This document shows positions 12,377-23,646 of a stretch of 64,000 bases of DNA, piece by piece; the stretch's first letter is position 1; each line of letters starts with the position of its first letter. The position numbers and the translations under genes were made by a program. The stretch is from Camelus dromedarius (Eukaryota): the NCBI RefSeq assembly GCF_036321535.1, contig NC_087437.1, forward strand, positions 10,356,001-10,420,000, in the 5' to 3' direction. The notes under the pieces were generated by a model. It had not been told where the DNA came from, did no database searches, and saw only the letters and a list, made by a program, of their open reading frames with translations.

Positions 12377-15299
12377 GATCTGTGACGCTTTGGTGGGTAT
12401 TTGATTCATATCAGCCCCCTGACTAGTGTGCAAGTTTCAGAAGGGCAGAGAGGATGTCTTTTGTTCCTTTGTTGTCCCATCAGCACCTGGCCTGCACCGC
12501 CAGTCTCCATGCAGACCCTCATCCAGGAAACCCTGCCCAGCAGCCAGAAATGGAGAGAAATTCCAATCCTGATGGTATCTCCGCAAGAAGGCCAAAGGGT
12601 GTCTAACACAGACCCGCAGCGACTCTTCCTAAAAATCCTTTCTGCAGACCCTCAGGGCCTGTGTTCCTGGGCAGCCTCCCCAGGCTTTCTCCCCACTCCC
12701 TCACTTCCCCTTCCTCCTGAAAATGGCTCGCTCCCACCCTTCCCTCCCCTCCCCTTCCTGCGTGGAATCTTTCCTCCATCACTTTTCTCAGGTGAATCCC
12801 CCATCCCCGGCTCCCCGCCCACCGCTGGCAGATGCAGTCTCCCTTAGAAGAATGTGTGTGACTGTGGATGGCTGTCTATATGTATATAATGGTAATATAG
12901 TCATTACAAATAATTTTAACCTGTGTACAATTTCTTTTCTTTTCTCCCTTCTACCAAATGAATGAATAAATAAACAATCAAACAGTAAATGAATGAATTT
13001 GAAAACCACTGGCCTAAACTAATGTTTGCTTAACCATTTAACTGCCCTGCAATTGCATGAACTCTACTGCCAATAATCAGAAATATAGGATAAATTAAGT
13101 CCCTTTCAGTACTAATATAATAGAATTAAACCAGATGATATTTCAAAGATATATGTATATTTTGTATATATGTGTGTGTGTACAGATAGGTAGACAGATA
13201 AGAATATTCTGCAAACGCTTGAATCATGGTAACATTAAAAATATACCAATTAAGGATTATTGAGAAAATGACACACATGCTAGCAGATATCAACTTGTCA
13301 TTTAAAATCTTTTAAAAGGAAGATTCTGTCTTTATGCCTTTGTGCTTATTTTATCTATTAAGCAACAGTATTATAAAGTCAAGTTTTTTCACTTAATAAA
13401 GAAATGGATTATATAAGAATATTTTAATTTGGCTTTGAAAGCATCGTATTATATATTTTGGCAGCCAATTTGCAGTTCTAATGATTTTACACTAGTATTG
13501 AAATGAGTTTGCATTTCCTAGCACATGTTTACATTTAGGAAAAAGGGTCTAAAATTCACCCCTGGTAATTCACAAAGTGGATAATCCACAGGCAAGAATA
13601 ATCCAGCTTTAGCCTTCTTCAAACAGAGAATTAAATGTTCTCTGGATACAATAGACAATAGAGGACAAAGAACAGGGCAGTATGTCTCTGACACATTTAG
13701 AGCAGAGCAAAGAAACTCCCAGGAAATCCCCAACCCACTGCCACATTTATTCTGAGCCAAGGTCAAATTCAGGAGGGAGGTAAACCATGCACCCTTAATA
13801 CTTCCTGAAGCTTATTTCCTAGAACAAACGACTTTCTCTAGACTTCACCTCCAAATCAGGGAACAACCTCATATTATTTAAAAGATGATTCAATACGTGT
13901 GAATAATTATAAAGCCAAGGTTCAAATTCCTCTCCTTCCCCCATGGGGCTTGTGATAAATTGATTCTGGAATCAGTCATCTCCACAATAAACTTTCCTGT
14001 CTTGAATGTCCTGAGTGGGTCTTGGTCTTAATCCAGAACAGATCCCATTCTATTAACAGCTTCTGGGACAAACTACACAAATGGTTCTCACTAGTTCCCC
14101 CTCACTCTAGAGCGGCTAGAATAGGACAGCCGGGTGTTGTTTGTAACACAAAGCCACTAAGCATTGCTCAGCTGAGCAGCCACCCTCAGAGCAGGCTGCT
14201 CCTACCTGGGGAAACAGCGTCACTCAGCAGTGAGTGAGAGTCAGATACAAACACCTGTAAAGCCAACTTGGTGGCTCATTGTTAAGCAGTCATTGTAAAA
14301 GCATCAGGGTTATGAATCAGTTTGCAGTGAATTCTCTATCATTTAAAAACCAGACTAAGTGCATCACATAAATCCAGGAGAATGAAGTGAAAAATCAAGA
14401 AAGGGTGAGTCACACCAATGGGAAAATGAGGCGAGAATTGAATCAGATTGCATGACTGACAGACACCAGGAAAGACACGTTATCCCTTTGGATATTAACT
14501 CGTGGCACTGCCTGATACAGGGTGAAAAACACCCATCTACTCTCAGGTGCCCAGCATGTCCTAAATGCAGGACCAAAGTTGTTCGCTCAGAGAGTCTGAC
14601 CAAGCTCCTTTGAGCTTATAATAATAATTGTCACAGAGAAATAATGAACTCGACATCCACTTTGAATGAACAAAACAAGATGTTTCTTAGGTATAAAGGG
14701 CTTGCCCTTTGAGAAATGGAATGAAGGATGGATAGATAGATAGATAGACAGATAGACAGGTTTTGCTGGAATAAGATTCTTTCACCATTCTTACACTAAA
14801 TCTTTGCCCCATCTATTTGCATAATCAATGCTGTTTTAAACTTTAATATTGTAGAGAGGGCATCAGAGGGAAATACAAGTTCTCCCTGGATGCTTTGGGA
14901 ATATTTGATTTTTAAAATATTACCGGGATATATCTGGATATTTTTTCACAAATATAGGCAGAAGCTGCATTAGCCATTTCTCTATCCATAATCAGGTTTC
15001 CCATAGCTCAGGAAGGTTTGCTTCTCTCATACATTTGAATGTCACTCTCATCCTTTTGCTCTGGTCTCCTTTTTTGAAACCTCAATTACCTCTGCTTAAT
15101 CACTACCTTCTGCTCCATTCATCATTATTTTTAACTTTTTGTCCATTTTTTCTACATCCAGAAGAGTGGATTCTATGTTTTCCTGCTTCAGAATCTTTCC
15201 ATCCGTTCCTTTGGTTTTCCTCTCCTTATTCCTCCTAGAGGAAGGTAAAGCTTACTCTAGTTCAGTGTTTCTTCCACAAACTGAAAGACTGGGTTCACC

Positions 15300-16450
15300 T
15301 ATTTCTCCCGATTGTCCTTGGACGCCTCCTGTCAGGCTGCAATGCAGAGGGCTGGTTGATGTCAAAGTCTATTTCCTATTCAGCCTCAACTAAATGGTAG
15401 GCGGTGGCAGCCAAGGGCATCCCCAGTGGAGAAATGTCTTTGCACAGCTCTTGCCAGCGTTGGTGGAGCTGCAGGGCCTCCAGCTTTCTGCTGCTGGCTT
15501 GTCACTTGCCAGGCCTCCATGCCAGGTGACAGCTGTGCCTCTGCCCACCTCCGTCTCTGCTGCCAGCCAGCTGGGGCACAAGCCTTACCAGCGCACTGGA
15601 CTCATGCACTGTGGCTGCTGGTGAAATCAGCTGCCCCCTAGCGCTGCTCACTCCAGCTCCCTGGGCTGCAGAGTGGGAGAGAAACCCAGAGGCGTGTTCT
15701 GTGTGACCCCCAGCCCACCCTGCGCATCTCCAGCCAGTGATGGACAGGTTGGGGTACTAAATTCTCCCAGGGTCTCCTCGACTGCCTCTGAGTGCAGCTC
15801 CTCCTCCTCCGGGCTGCCCTTCAGCTCAGGATAGCAAAGTACTCAGAAGCCCTGGGGATTCCCTCTGCCAGGAACGATGCTGAGCTGCAGATACAGAACC
15901 CAATCCGCCACGTGTGTTTTAGGTCCCGAATCCGGTCTGTCAACACACCACACCACGTATCATCACCTAGAAACTGCCACGATAGGCCATCCGCTTGCAA
16001 TGGTGTTGGTCCTCTCAGTACACCTGAATATTCTACCCTCAGAAGAATGACAAAGCTGGAAAAACGAACTTCCTACTTTCCTCCTAGCCCTAAATCCAAC
16101 TGAGGTGTCCTGGGTCAGAAATCCATAGCTCAGCTGCTGTGAGAGACACAGACACACAGCTTCATCTTATCTGGTGTGCACAAACACAGACATCCCTTTG
16201 TGACCAAACTCACACAGAGTTTGCCAAGTGCGTGCACATAGGCTACTTCATGACTCTTCATAAGATGCACATAAGAGAGAGATCATTATGACTTCTCTTG
16301 CACAGGAGGCAGGAATACGCTGGACGCCCATTACGGCCCTGCCCCACCAGCGCACTTCCCCCGGACATCCTCTAAGGAGTTCCCGTTGCTGGAATCTCCC
16401 CGACTCTGGCAGTCTCTCCAGTTCTCTCCAGTTCGTCTCCCAAACGCGCC
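15300..16450 (-). pseudogene. Possible third decayed kelch-repeat gene (KBTBD11/KLHDC7-like), tentative
   Basis: Minus-strand motifs in kelch order: WRELERLPE (16430-16404), AVTWHG and PAAESWRPCSS (~15535-15465), YHLVEAE* (Y-x6-W, TAG for TGG, from 15399) and PSALQPDR; needs frameshifts and indels. Confidence 0.3.
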
Positions 16451-16690
16451 TGCGCAGTCTTACAGCATCTCTGCTGCGAAAGCGCCGCTCTGGGTCAGTG
16501 CACCGGGGCTGGGCACTGCAGACGTCCCTCCGCTTCTGCCCTGCCCTCCCGCGGCCGCAGCCCTGCCTCCTGTCTCACTCTGCTCTGTGTCCTCGGCATC
16601 GGCATCGAAGCTGTGAGCCAGCCCTGCTCACTCCCACGCCTCGCCTGGAAACTCAGTCTGGGCCAAGCCCTGAACTCCCCCGTTACCTAG
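16300..16690. promoter_or_regulatory. Small CpG/GC-rich patch with an NRF1-type motif
   Basis: Locally high CpG; GCGCCTGCGCA at 16446-16456 (TGCGCAGGCGC on minus). Confidence 0.35.
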
Positions 16691-16799
16691 GAGAGGAAGA
16701 CAAATATAGATGAGGAAATTAGGCCCCAGGGGAGGCAGAATGCACCGTGAATACGTGATCCCCCAGGCCTGGCAATCCAAGCTGGAAAAGCAACCAAAG

Positions 16800-17012
16800 T
16801 CATTACTAAGTGTGTGACTCTGGACGCGTGTCTCCACGTTTTCAAGTCTCTATTTCTCAGCTATATATAATGCTATAATGCTAATACACCTCCTTCCCAA
16901 AGGCTCTTTGCAAATATTAAAGGAGATGGTTATAAGTTAAGTGCTAAGCACAAGCTTGGGACCTGGTAGGCTGTCATAAATATTAACTGTCATTATCACT
17001 ATCATTATTAAT
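16800..17012 (+). mobile_element. MIR SINE
   Basis: GTGTGACTCTGG...TTTCTCAGCTATATATAATG...AAGTGCTAAGCACAAG...ATAAATATTAACTGTCATTATC. Confidence 0.6.
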
Positions 17013-17507
17013 AAGGTCAGAGAATGAGTAAGTGGCAGAGCTAGGAATTGAATCTTTATCTCTTTGTTTCATTTTTAATAGCACATAATTACAGAAAATT
17101 AGTATACGGTGGTAGACAAAAATGGTCACTTAATAGCTTTGACTAACTATGGAGATATTTGATGGCGTTAAGAGCTTACCAGAGGTCAGGAAAATATTCC
17201 TTGCCCTGGATAAATATTACTTAGTCATTTCTCTTATTTTGTTAGACTTCTGACAGGGAGCTCTAACGGAAATATCACTACTGACAGGTGAGTTGAAGCA
17301 CATTTTCTTGGTCTTTGTTGTTGTAAGTAAATACACATTATCAAATCCAATGTCTTGATAGCACTCTGCTAAAAGCATTCTGGGTGGAATTGCTCTCTTG
17401 CGGGTAAGTTCTGGATGCATTGAACAGAGTCATCTGTGCAATTACCATAAGCAATTTTGCAGCTTCCTTGGAAGCTAAACACAGCCTAAAAAGGCAAGGG
17501 TATTTTT

Positions 17508-17580
17508 TCTCTTTTTTTTAATTGAAATATAGTTGGTTTACAATGTTGTGTTAATTTCTGGTATACAGCATAGTGATTCA

Positions 17581-17644
<64 letters not shown>

Positions 17645-18101
17645 TTCCTTTTCATATTCTTTTTCGGTATAGGCTATTACAAGATACTGAATATAGTTTC
17701 CTGTGCTATATAGTAACGCCTTGTTGTTTATCTCTTTTATATATAGTAGTGTGTATCTGCAAATCCCAAACTCCCACTTTATCCCTCCACCACCACCCCA
17801 TAACCATAAGTTTGTTTTCTCTGTCTGTGAGTCTGTTTCTGGTTTGTAAATAAGTTCATTTGTGCCTTTTCTTTAGATTCCACATACAAGTGATATCGTA
17901 TAGTATTTTTCTTTCTCTTTCTGGCTTACTTCCCTTAGAAAGACATTCTTCTCCAGGTCCAACCATGTTGCTGCAAATGGTATTATTTTATTCTTTTTTA
18001 TGGCTGAGTTGTATTCTATTGTGTATATACCACGACTTCTTTATCCAGTCATCTGTTGGTGGACATTTAGATTGCTTCCGTGTCTTGGCTGTTGCAAATA
18101 G
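17508..18101 (-). mobile_element. 5'-truncated L1 with TSD, inserted in pseudogene B
   Basis: L1 3' UTR/ORF2 end; TSD AAGGCAAGGGTATTTTT (17491-17507) vs AAAGCAGGAGTATTTTT (18102-18118), 14/17 identical. Confidence 0.9.
17585..17634. repeat. (TA)n microsatellite inside the L1 3' UTR
   Basis: About 25 perfect TA units. Confidence 0.95.
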
Positions 18102-18764
18102 AAAGCAGGAGTATTTTTGATGACCCTGGACATCAGGACAACTTCAGGCTCTTTTCTGGACATAATGGAGCAGGAATATGTGTTACAGTGCACAGTCCAG
18201 AGGCAGCATTCAAAGCACTTCACAATACATGTGTCAAGGCCCATCAGGTAATTAATCATGTGTATTTCAGTGAAATGGTCTCGGCCCTTCCAGCTCCTCC
18301 TAATAACATGTCTGTAGTAGGGTTTTCATTTTATTTGACAAACAAATTGGCCAAAGTATTTACTGTGGGCCACAATCTTTACGGATTTGGACAGATTATC
18401 TTTTGATAGTTTGTGGCAGACGCTGCTACAGGAGAGGAGATGTGTTCTTGCTCAGATGATACACATCTTCTATTGTGCAAGCTTTTAAGGTCTGCTTCCA
18501 GATTGCCTGGCAAGGAGATGAACTCTGGGGCCTCCAGAGCTCTAAAGGATCCAGATAATCTCTCTGTAAAGAATGCTTAGTTATGGTTCCACAGGGTTTA
18601 CACATAATAGTCTGCTCTCGTGGTCCTAAGGTTCAGCTGGGTGTGATTTTATTCTGCTCATTCTGACAATAACCCCGAAAAGAAGTAAAATCCATGGCAA
18701 ATTGAATGTTTGCAAGCAAACCTAATCTAGACAAGAAACTAACCCCTCTGGGCCAGGGACTGTA

Positions 18765-18950
18765 ATAAGCATTTCACACTCCCAAGTTCATTTGATTCTC
18801 ATTACAGCCCTGTCGTGGGGGTGCTATTATTAAGCCCATTTAAAGATGAAGAAACTAAGACTCAAAAGGGTTAACTAACTTGCTCAAGACCAAACTGCAA
18901 GCAAAATGAGGAGGAGGACTTAGCCAGATTTTCTGATGCTAGAACCCCCA
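18765..18950 (-). mobile_element. MIR SINE
   Basis: TTCATTTGATTCTCATTACAGCCCTG...CCCATTTAAAGATGAAGAAACTAAGACTCAAAAGGGTTAACTAACTTGCTCAAG (MIR core). Confidence 0.8.
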
Positions 18951-19099
18951 CCGTCTCCTAACCAGGGCCTACCATGTTCGCCGTCCTTTATTTTGATTGC
19001 TAAATGTGCCAAAGCAAATCCCACACTAGGGGCTTAGCCAACCTTTGCCTCAGCTGTGAACACGCTTCTCACAGATGGCTTCCTGTTATCGCCCCCCGC

Positions 19100-19795
19100 T
19101 CAGTGTGAAGCGGCTCAGCTCCCTGCCTGGAGAACATAGGGCGCTGGGGGTCATTCCAGCAGGGACAAGGCTGCCGAGGTACCTGTCCACCATGTACTAT
19201 CCATCGCTGGCTGAGGACTGCTCCGGGGGCCCCCTGTCCAGCTCTGTGTATGGACAGAAGCTGCAGCTGCACAGGAATGAATGACAAACACTAAAGAGCA
19301 GACATTCAACGGGGGTTGGCTTGGGGTTCACGCCCGTCCTCAAGAACCGGATAGCTTCCTTCCCTACACCCAGCTCTCCAGAGTGTCCATTTCCTACACA
19401 GCCACAGGCCAGCTCCCAGGAACACTCGCATCTTCTTGCTTCCTTGTTCACATCTAACGAGAGACAGACCGTCTCTTCCTATGAAGGGTAGAAAACTTCA
19501 CAGACATGTCCAGAAAACTCTCCTGCACACCTCACTGGTTCAGATCTGATCGTGTGCCCCACTTCTGAACCAAACCCTGTGGAGAGGAGGACCCCATGCG
19601 CTGATGGCCATCTGCCCAGATTCTTTCTTTGACCAATCACTGGCAAGGGGGTGGTACTACTGTGACTGGGAGATATTAACCAGGGCAAAGCATGGGGCTG
19701 GGTCACTCAGCTTTCCCTGAGACTCATGACCACCTGGGAAGTGGTCTGTTTAGGAAGGAACAAGGGGTACGTGGATGCCAATAGGCTATCAAGTC
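19100..19795. mobile_element. Old MaLR LTR fragments (MLT1-like)
   Basis: CTCACTGGTTCAGATCTGATCGTGTGCCCCACTTCTGAACCAAACCCTGTGG; TGACCAATCACTGGCAAGGGG. Confidence 0.5.
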
Positions 19796-19869
19796 CCCAC
19801 TTCACTTAGTAACCTTGGCATATTTCAAGAATTTGCATAGGCAAACAATTACACCTTCTCAGTAACCCC

Positions 19870-20130
19870 CCAGTCAGTCAATATTACATGTCCTGCTTCT
19901 ATTTATATCATAGCATTTATCATTATCTAATATATACTTGTTTGTTTATTGACTTAGCCTCTTTTTTCCACTAGGAAATAATCCCCAAAAGAATCAGGAT
20001 CTCATCTGTCTCATATACTGCTATAGCCCTCACCCATGGAGTGATGCCTGGAACACAGTAGATATTAAATAATAAATAACACTTGCTGAATGCATGCATG
20101 AACTAATAAATAAGCCAATCAATGAATAAT
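19870..20130 (+). mobile_element. L2 3' terminus
   Basis: TAGCATTTATCATTATCTAA...TGCCTGGAACACAGTAGATATTAAATAA...TGCTGAATGCATGCATG. Confidence 0.7.
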
Positions 20131-20375
20131 GCATCCTTCGACACAAAGCCAGGAGGTAAGAGGAAAGTATGTTGAGGCCACTGATGGAGATTCCCTTAAT
20201 CCCTGGCAGTGCTAGGAGAGAGTGAGACCCTGGGAGAGGGCCAAGGGAAAGGAATCCTGCTGCCCGGGTCTCCTGAGCCCCCAGCTCGGGTGGGGACAAG
20301 GTGCAAGCAGCCCGTCTCCCTCCTGATGGATAGCTCCCTGCTGGGGAGTGGCTAAAGCTAGGATGGGGCAGATCA

Positions 20376-20453
20376 GGGGTGGGTCCCCTTTTTGGGGAGA
20401 AACTATATAAGAGACTGAAAACCCAAGCCCAGGGAACAGTCCTGAGGTAATGG
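20376..20453 (+). promoter_or_regulatory. Candidate core promoter of pseudogene A
   Basis: GGGGTGGG (CACCC/GT box, 20376), TATATAA (20404-20410), then ATG in gtaATGg Kozak context at 20450. Confidence 0.4.
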
Positions 20454-20806
20454 AGACCCCTGTCCCGAGAGGCCCGCAAAGCCCTACGCACAGCCTGGGA
20501 CCCCACCACAGAGATCCTCAGACAACAGTGCCTCCTAAACATGCTGGAAGTCATCCAGGCGATGCCCGAGAGACACAAACAGTGCAGACCCCATTGGCCT
20601 GAACAAACTGACCATCACTGCAGATGCCCTGAAGAACTAACAGATCAGTTACACCTGCTACACCAACCATTTCAGACACACCGGCCACTGTGGACAGAAT
20701 GATCCCATTCAAAATATAGACTTGCTGGGATTTGTGAGCTGGCAGGTGCACTGGCCACTCCAGACAGCAGGACCAGCCTCCCAGCTCTATACAGGTTGGA
20801 GTTTAA

Positions 20807-20968
20807 GGGGGAGGTGTAACTCAGTGGTAGAGCCTGTGTTTAGTATGCACGAGGTCCTGGATTCAACCCCTAGTACCTCCATTAAAATTAATTTAATTAA
20901 TTAATTAATTAATAAGCTAATTAACCCCCAAAGTAAATAAAAATAGTAATTAAAAGATACTTTTTAAA
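20807..20968 (+). mobile_element. tRNA-derived SINE (Vic-1-like) in pseudogene A
   Basis: GGGGGAGGTGTAACTCAGTGGTAGAG...GGTCCTGGATTCAACCCCTAGTACCTCC plus AT-rich tail. Confidence 0.9.
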
Positions 20969-21355
20969 GTTTCCAGTCTCCATACAGGGGAGCACTAGAG
21001 TTGGAAACCCGGTTAGGCATGGGGGCTTGAGGATTGTCGTGAAATGTAGCGTGCACACCATTCTCACATTGATATGTGACAGATATTGAGATGCCAGATC
21101 TGCCACTATACACCAACCACTCTGGAATTCTGACTGCTCCAGGCACCCGTGAAGCCTTTCTCAAACACATATATCCGCTCACCGTTACTACTCTGGACAC
21201 AAAGCTCTACTTGTTTGGGCTCTGGTTCCCCAGACGATGGGCCATTGCTGGCTCCAGCACTGTCCAGGGTGCTGCTCTCTAGAGTAGATATAGAGGACTT
21301 GGTGTCACCAGAGGAGCGGGAAGCAGAGAACACTCTGCATTCAAAACAGTACCTG

Positions 21356-22086
21356 TGCGAACCTTCCTACACTGCTGGTGGGAATGTAAGTTGGTGCAGC
21401 CACTCTGGAGAACAGTATGAGGTTACTTAAAAAACTGAAACTGAGTTACCATATGATCCTGCAATCCCACCCCTGGGCATATATCCAGAGAAACTCTAAT
21501 TTGAAAAGACACATGCACCCCAATGTTCACAGCAGCACTGTTTACAATAGCCAAGACATGGAAGCAAACTAAGTGTCCATCAACAGATGACTAGGTAAAG
21601 AAGATGTGGTATAGATATAACATGGAATACTACTCAGCCATAAAAAGGAATCAATAATGACATTTACAGCTTTATGGATGGACCTGGAGATTGTCATGCT
21701 AAGTGAAGTAAGTCAGAAAGAGAAAGAAAAATACCAAATGACATCACTTACATGTGAAACCTAAAAATATAACACAAATAAACCTATTCACAAACCAGAA
21801 ACACACTCACAGACATAGAAAACAAACTAATGGTTACCGGTGGGGACAGGAGGTGGTGGAGGATAAACTGGAAGTTTAGGACTTGCAAATACTAACTACT
21901 ATATATAAAATAGATAAATAATAAGATCCTACTGTGTAACAGAGGGAACTCTATTCAATACCTTATAATAGCCTATAATGAAAAAGAATGTGAAAAAGAA
22001 TACATATATGTATAACTGAATCACTATGCTGTACACCTGAAACTAACACAACTTTGTAAATTAACTATACTTCACTTAAAAAAAAA
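21356..22086 (+). mobile_element. 5'-truncated L1 with perfect TSD
   Basis: ORF2 end plus 3' UTR plus poly(A); TSD AAAACAGTACCTG at 21343-21355 and 22087-22099. Confidence 0.95.
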
Positions 22087-22150
22087 AAAACAGTACCTGC
22101 ACAGCAGCAGAAAAGCCGCACAGAATCCCGTTGGTACAGTGCTTGTTCTT

Positions 22151-23646
22151 TTTTTTTTTTTAACATTTTTTATTGATTTATAATCATTTTATAATGTTGT
22201 GTCAAATTCCAGTGTTCAGCACAATTTTTCAGTTATTCATGGACATATACACACTCATTGTCACATTTTTTTTCTCTGTGAGTTATCATAACATTTTGTG
22301 TATATTTCCCTGTGCTATACAGTGTAGTCTATTCTACAATTTTGAAATCCCAGTCTATCCCTTCCCACCCTGCGTCCCCCTGGTAACCACAAGTCTGTAT
22401 TCTCTGTCTGTGAGTCTATTTCTGTCCTTTATTTACGCTTTGTTTTTGTTTGTTTGTTTGTTTTTGTTTTTGTTTTTTAGATTCCACATATGAGCGATCT
22501 CATATGGTATTTTTCTTTCTCTTTCTGGCTTACTTCACTCAGAATGACATTCTCCAGGAGCATCCATGTTGCTGCAAATGGCATTATGTTGTCGGTTTTT
22601 ATGGCTGAGTAGTATTCCATTATATAAATGTACCACTTCTTCTTTATCCAGTCACCTGTTGATGGACATTTAGGCTGTTTCCATGTTTTGGCTATTGTAA
22701 ATAGTGCTGCTATGAACATTGGGGTGCAGGTGTCATCCTGAAGTAGATTTCCTTCTGGATATATGCCCAGGAGTGGGATTCCTGGGTCATATGGTAAGTC
22801 TATTCCTAGTCTTTTGAGGAATCTCCACACTGTTTTCCATAGTGGCTGCACCAAACTGCATTCCCACCAGCAGAGTAGGAGGGTTCCCCTTTCTCCACAG
22901 CCTCTCCAGCATTTGTCATTTGTGGATTTTTGAATGATGGCCATTCTGACTGGTGTGAGGTGATACCTCATTGTAGTTTTGATTTGCATTTCTCTGATAA
23001 TTAGTGATATTGAGCATTTTTTCATGTGCTTTTTGATCATTTGTATGTCTTCCTTGGAGAATTGCTTGTTTAGGTCTTCTGCCCATTTTTGGATTGGGTT
23101 GTTTATTTTTTTCTTATTGAGTCGTATGAGCTGCTTATATATTCTGGAGATCAAGCCTTTGTCGGTTTCACTTGCAAAAATTTTCTCCCATTCCGTAGGT
23201 TTTCTTCTTGTTTTATTTCTGGTTTCCTTTGCTGTGCAGAAGCTTGTAAGTTTCATTAGGTCCCATTTGTTTATTCTTGCTTTTATTTCTTCTAGGAGAA
23301 AATTTTTTAAATGTATGTCAGATAATGTTTTGCCTATGTTTTCCTCTAGGAGGTTTATTGTATCTTGTCTTATGTTTAAGTCTTTAATCCATTTTGAGTT
23401 GATTTTTGTATATGGTGTAAGGGAGTGTTCTAGCTTCATTGTTTTACATGCTGCTGTCCAGTTTTCCCAACACCATTTGCTGAAGAGACTGTCTTTATTC
23501 CAATGTATATTCTTGACTCCTTTGTCAAAGATGAGTTGACCAAAAGTTTGTGGGTTCATTTCTGGGCTCTCTATTCTGTTCCATTGGTCTATATGTCTGT
23601 TTTGGTACCAATACCATGCTGTCTTGATGACTGTAGCTCTATAGTA
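22151..23646 (-). mobile_element. Young 5'-truncated L1, ORF2 C-terminal ~390 codons open
   Basis: [13 protein letters not shown]...[19 protein letters not shown]...[19 protein letters not shown]...ICGI* without stops; TSD TGGTACA(G/A)TGCTTGTTCTT at 22132-22150 and 23647-23665 (18/19). Confidence 0.97.

Larger units (their letters stand above)
17217..18760 (-). pseudogene. Decayed BTB-BACK-Kelch gene, copy B (KBTBD13/KLHL42-like)
   Basis: BTB-like GPEGLVSCLD*V (~18755-18720); BACK-like ADYYV*TL...FRALEAPEFISLP; kelch-like FVCQIK*KPY...WKGRD...INYLMGLDTC...IMSR...VLMSRV. After excising the 611-nt L1+TSD the same frame continues as ELTRKRAIPPRMLLAEC...DNVYLL...DISVR. Multiple stops. Confidence 0.6.

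Noticed and set aside
17350..18330. Kinase-like (MHPEL) or APOBEC/deaminase-like (HFTE...CFEC) reading
   Set aside because: No HRD/DFG and no proper HxE...PCxxC motifs
17330..18520. Endogenous bornavirus nucleoprotein (EBLN)-like motifs on the minus strand (LPG, TV...GG..R, SSKI, AQMT...Y..E)
   Set aside because: Only about 14/85 identities against recalled BDV N, and a large deletion is needed. The kelch reading explains more motifs and is independently supported by similarity to copy A. Still worth including as a control in the profile search.
20480..21130. Bornavirus glycoprotein-like motifs (LRTAWDPTTEIL, LQT..P, DLPLYT)
   Set aside because: Scattered short matches with inconsistent spacing; the collinear BTB/Kelch matches are much denser
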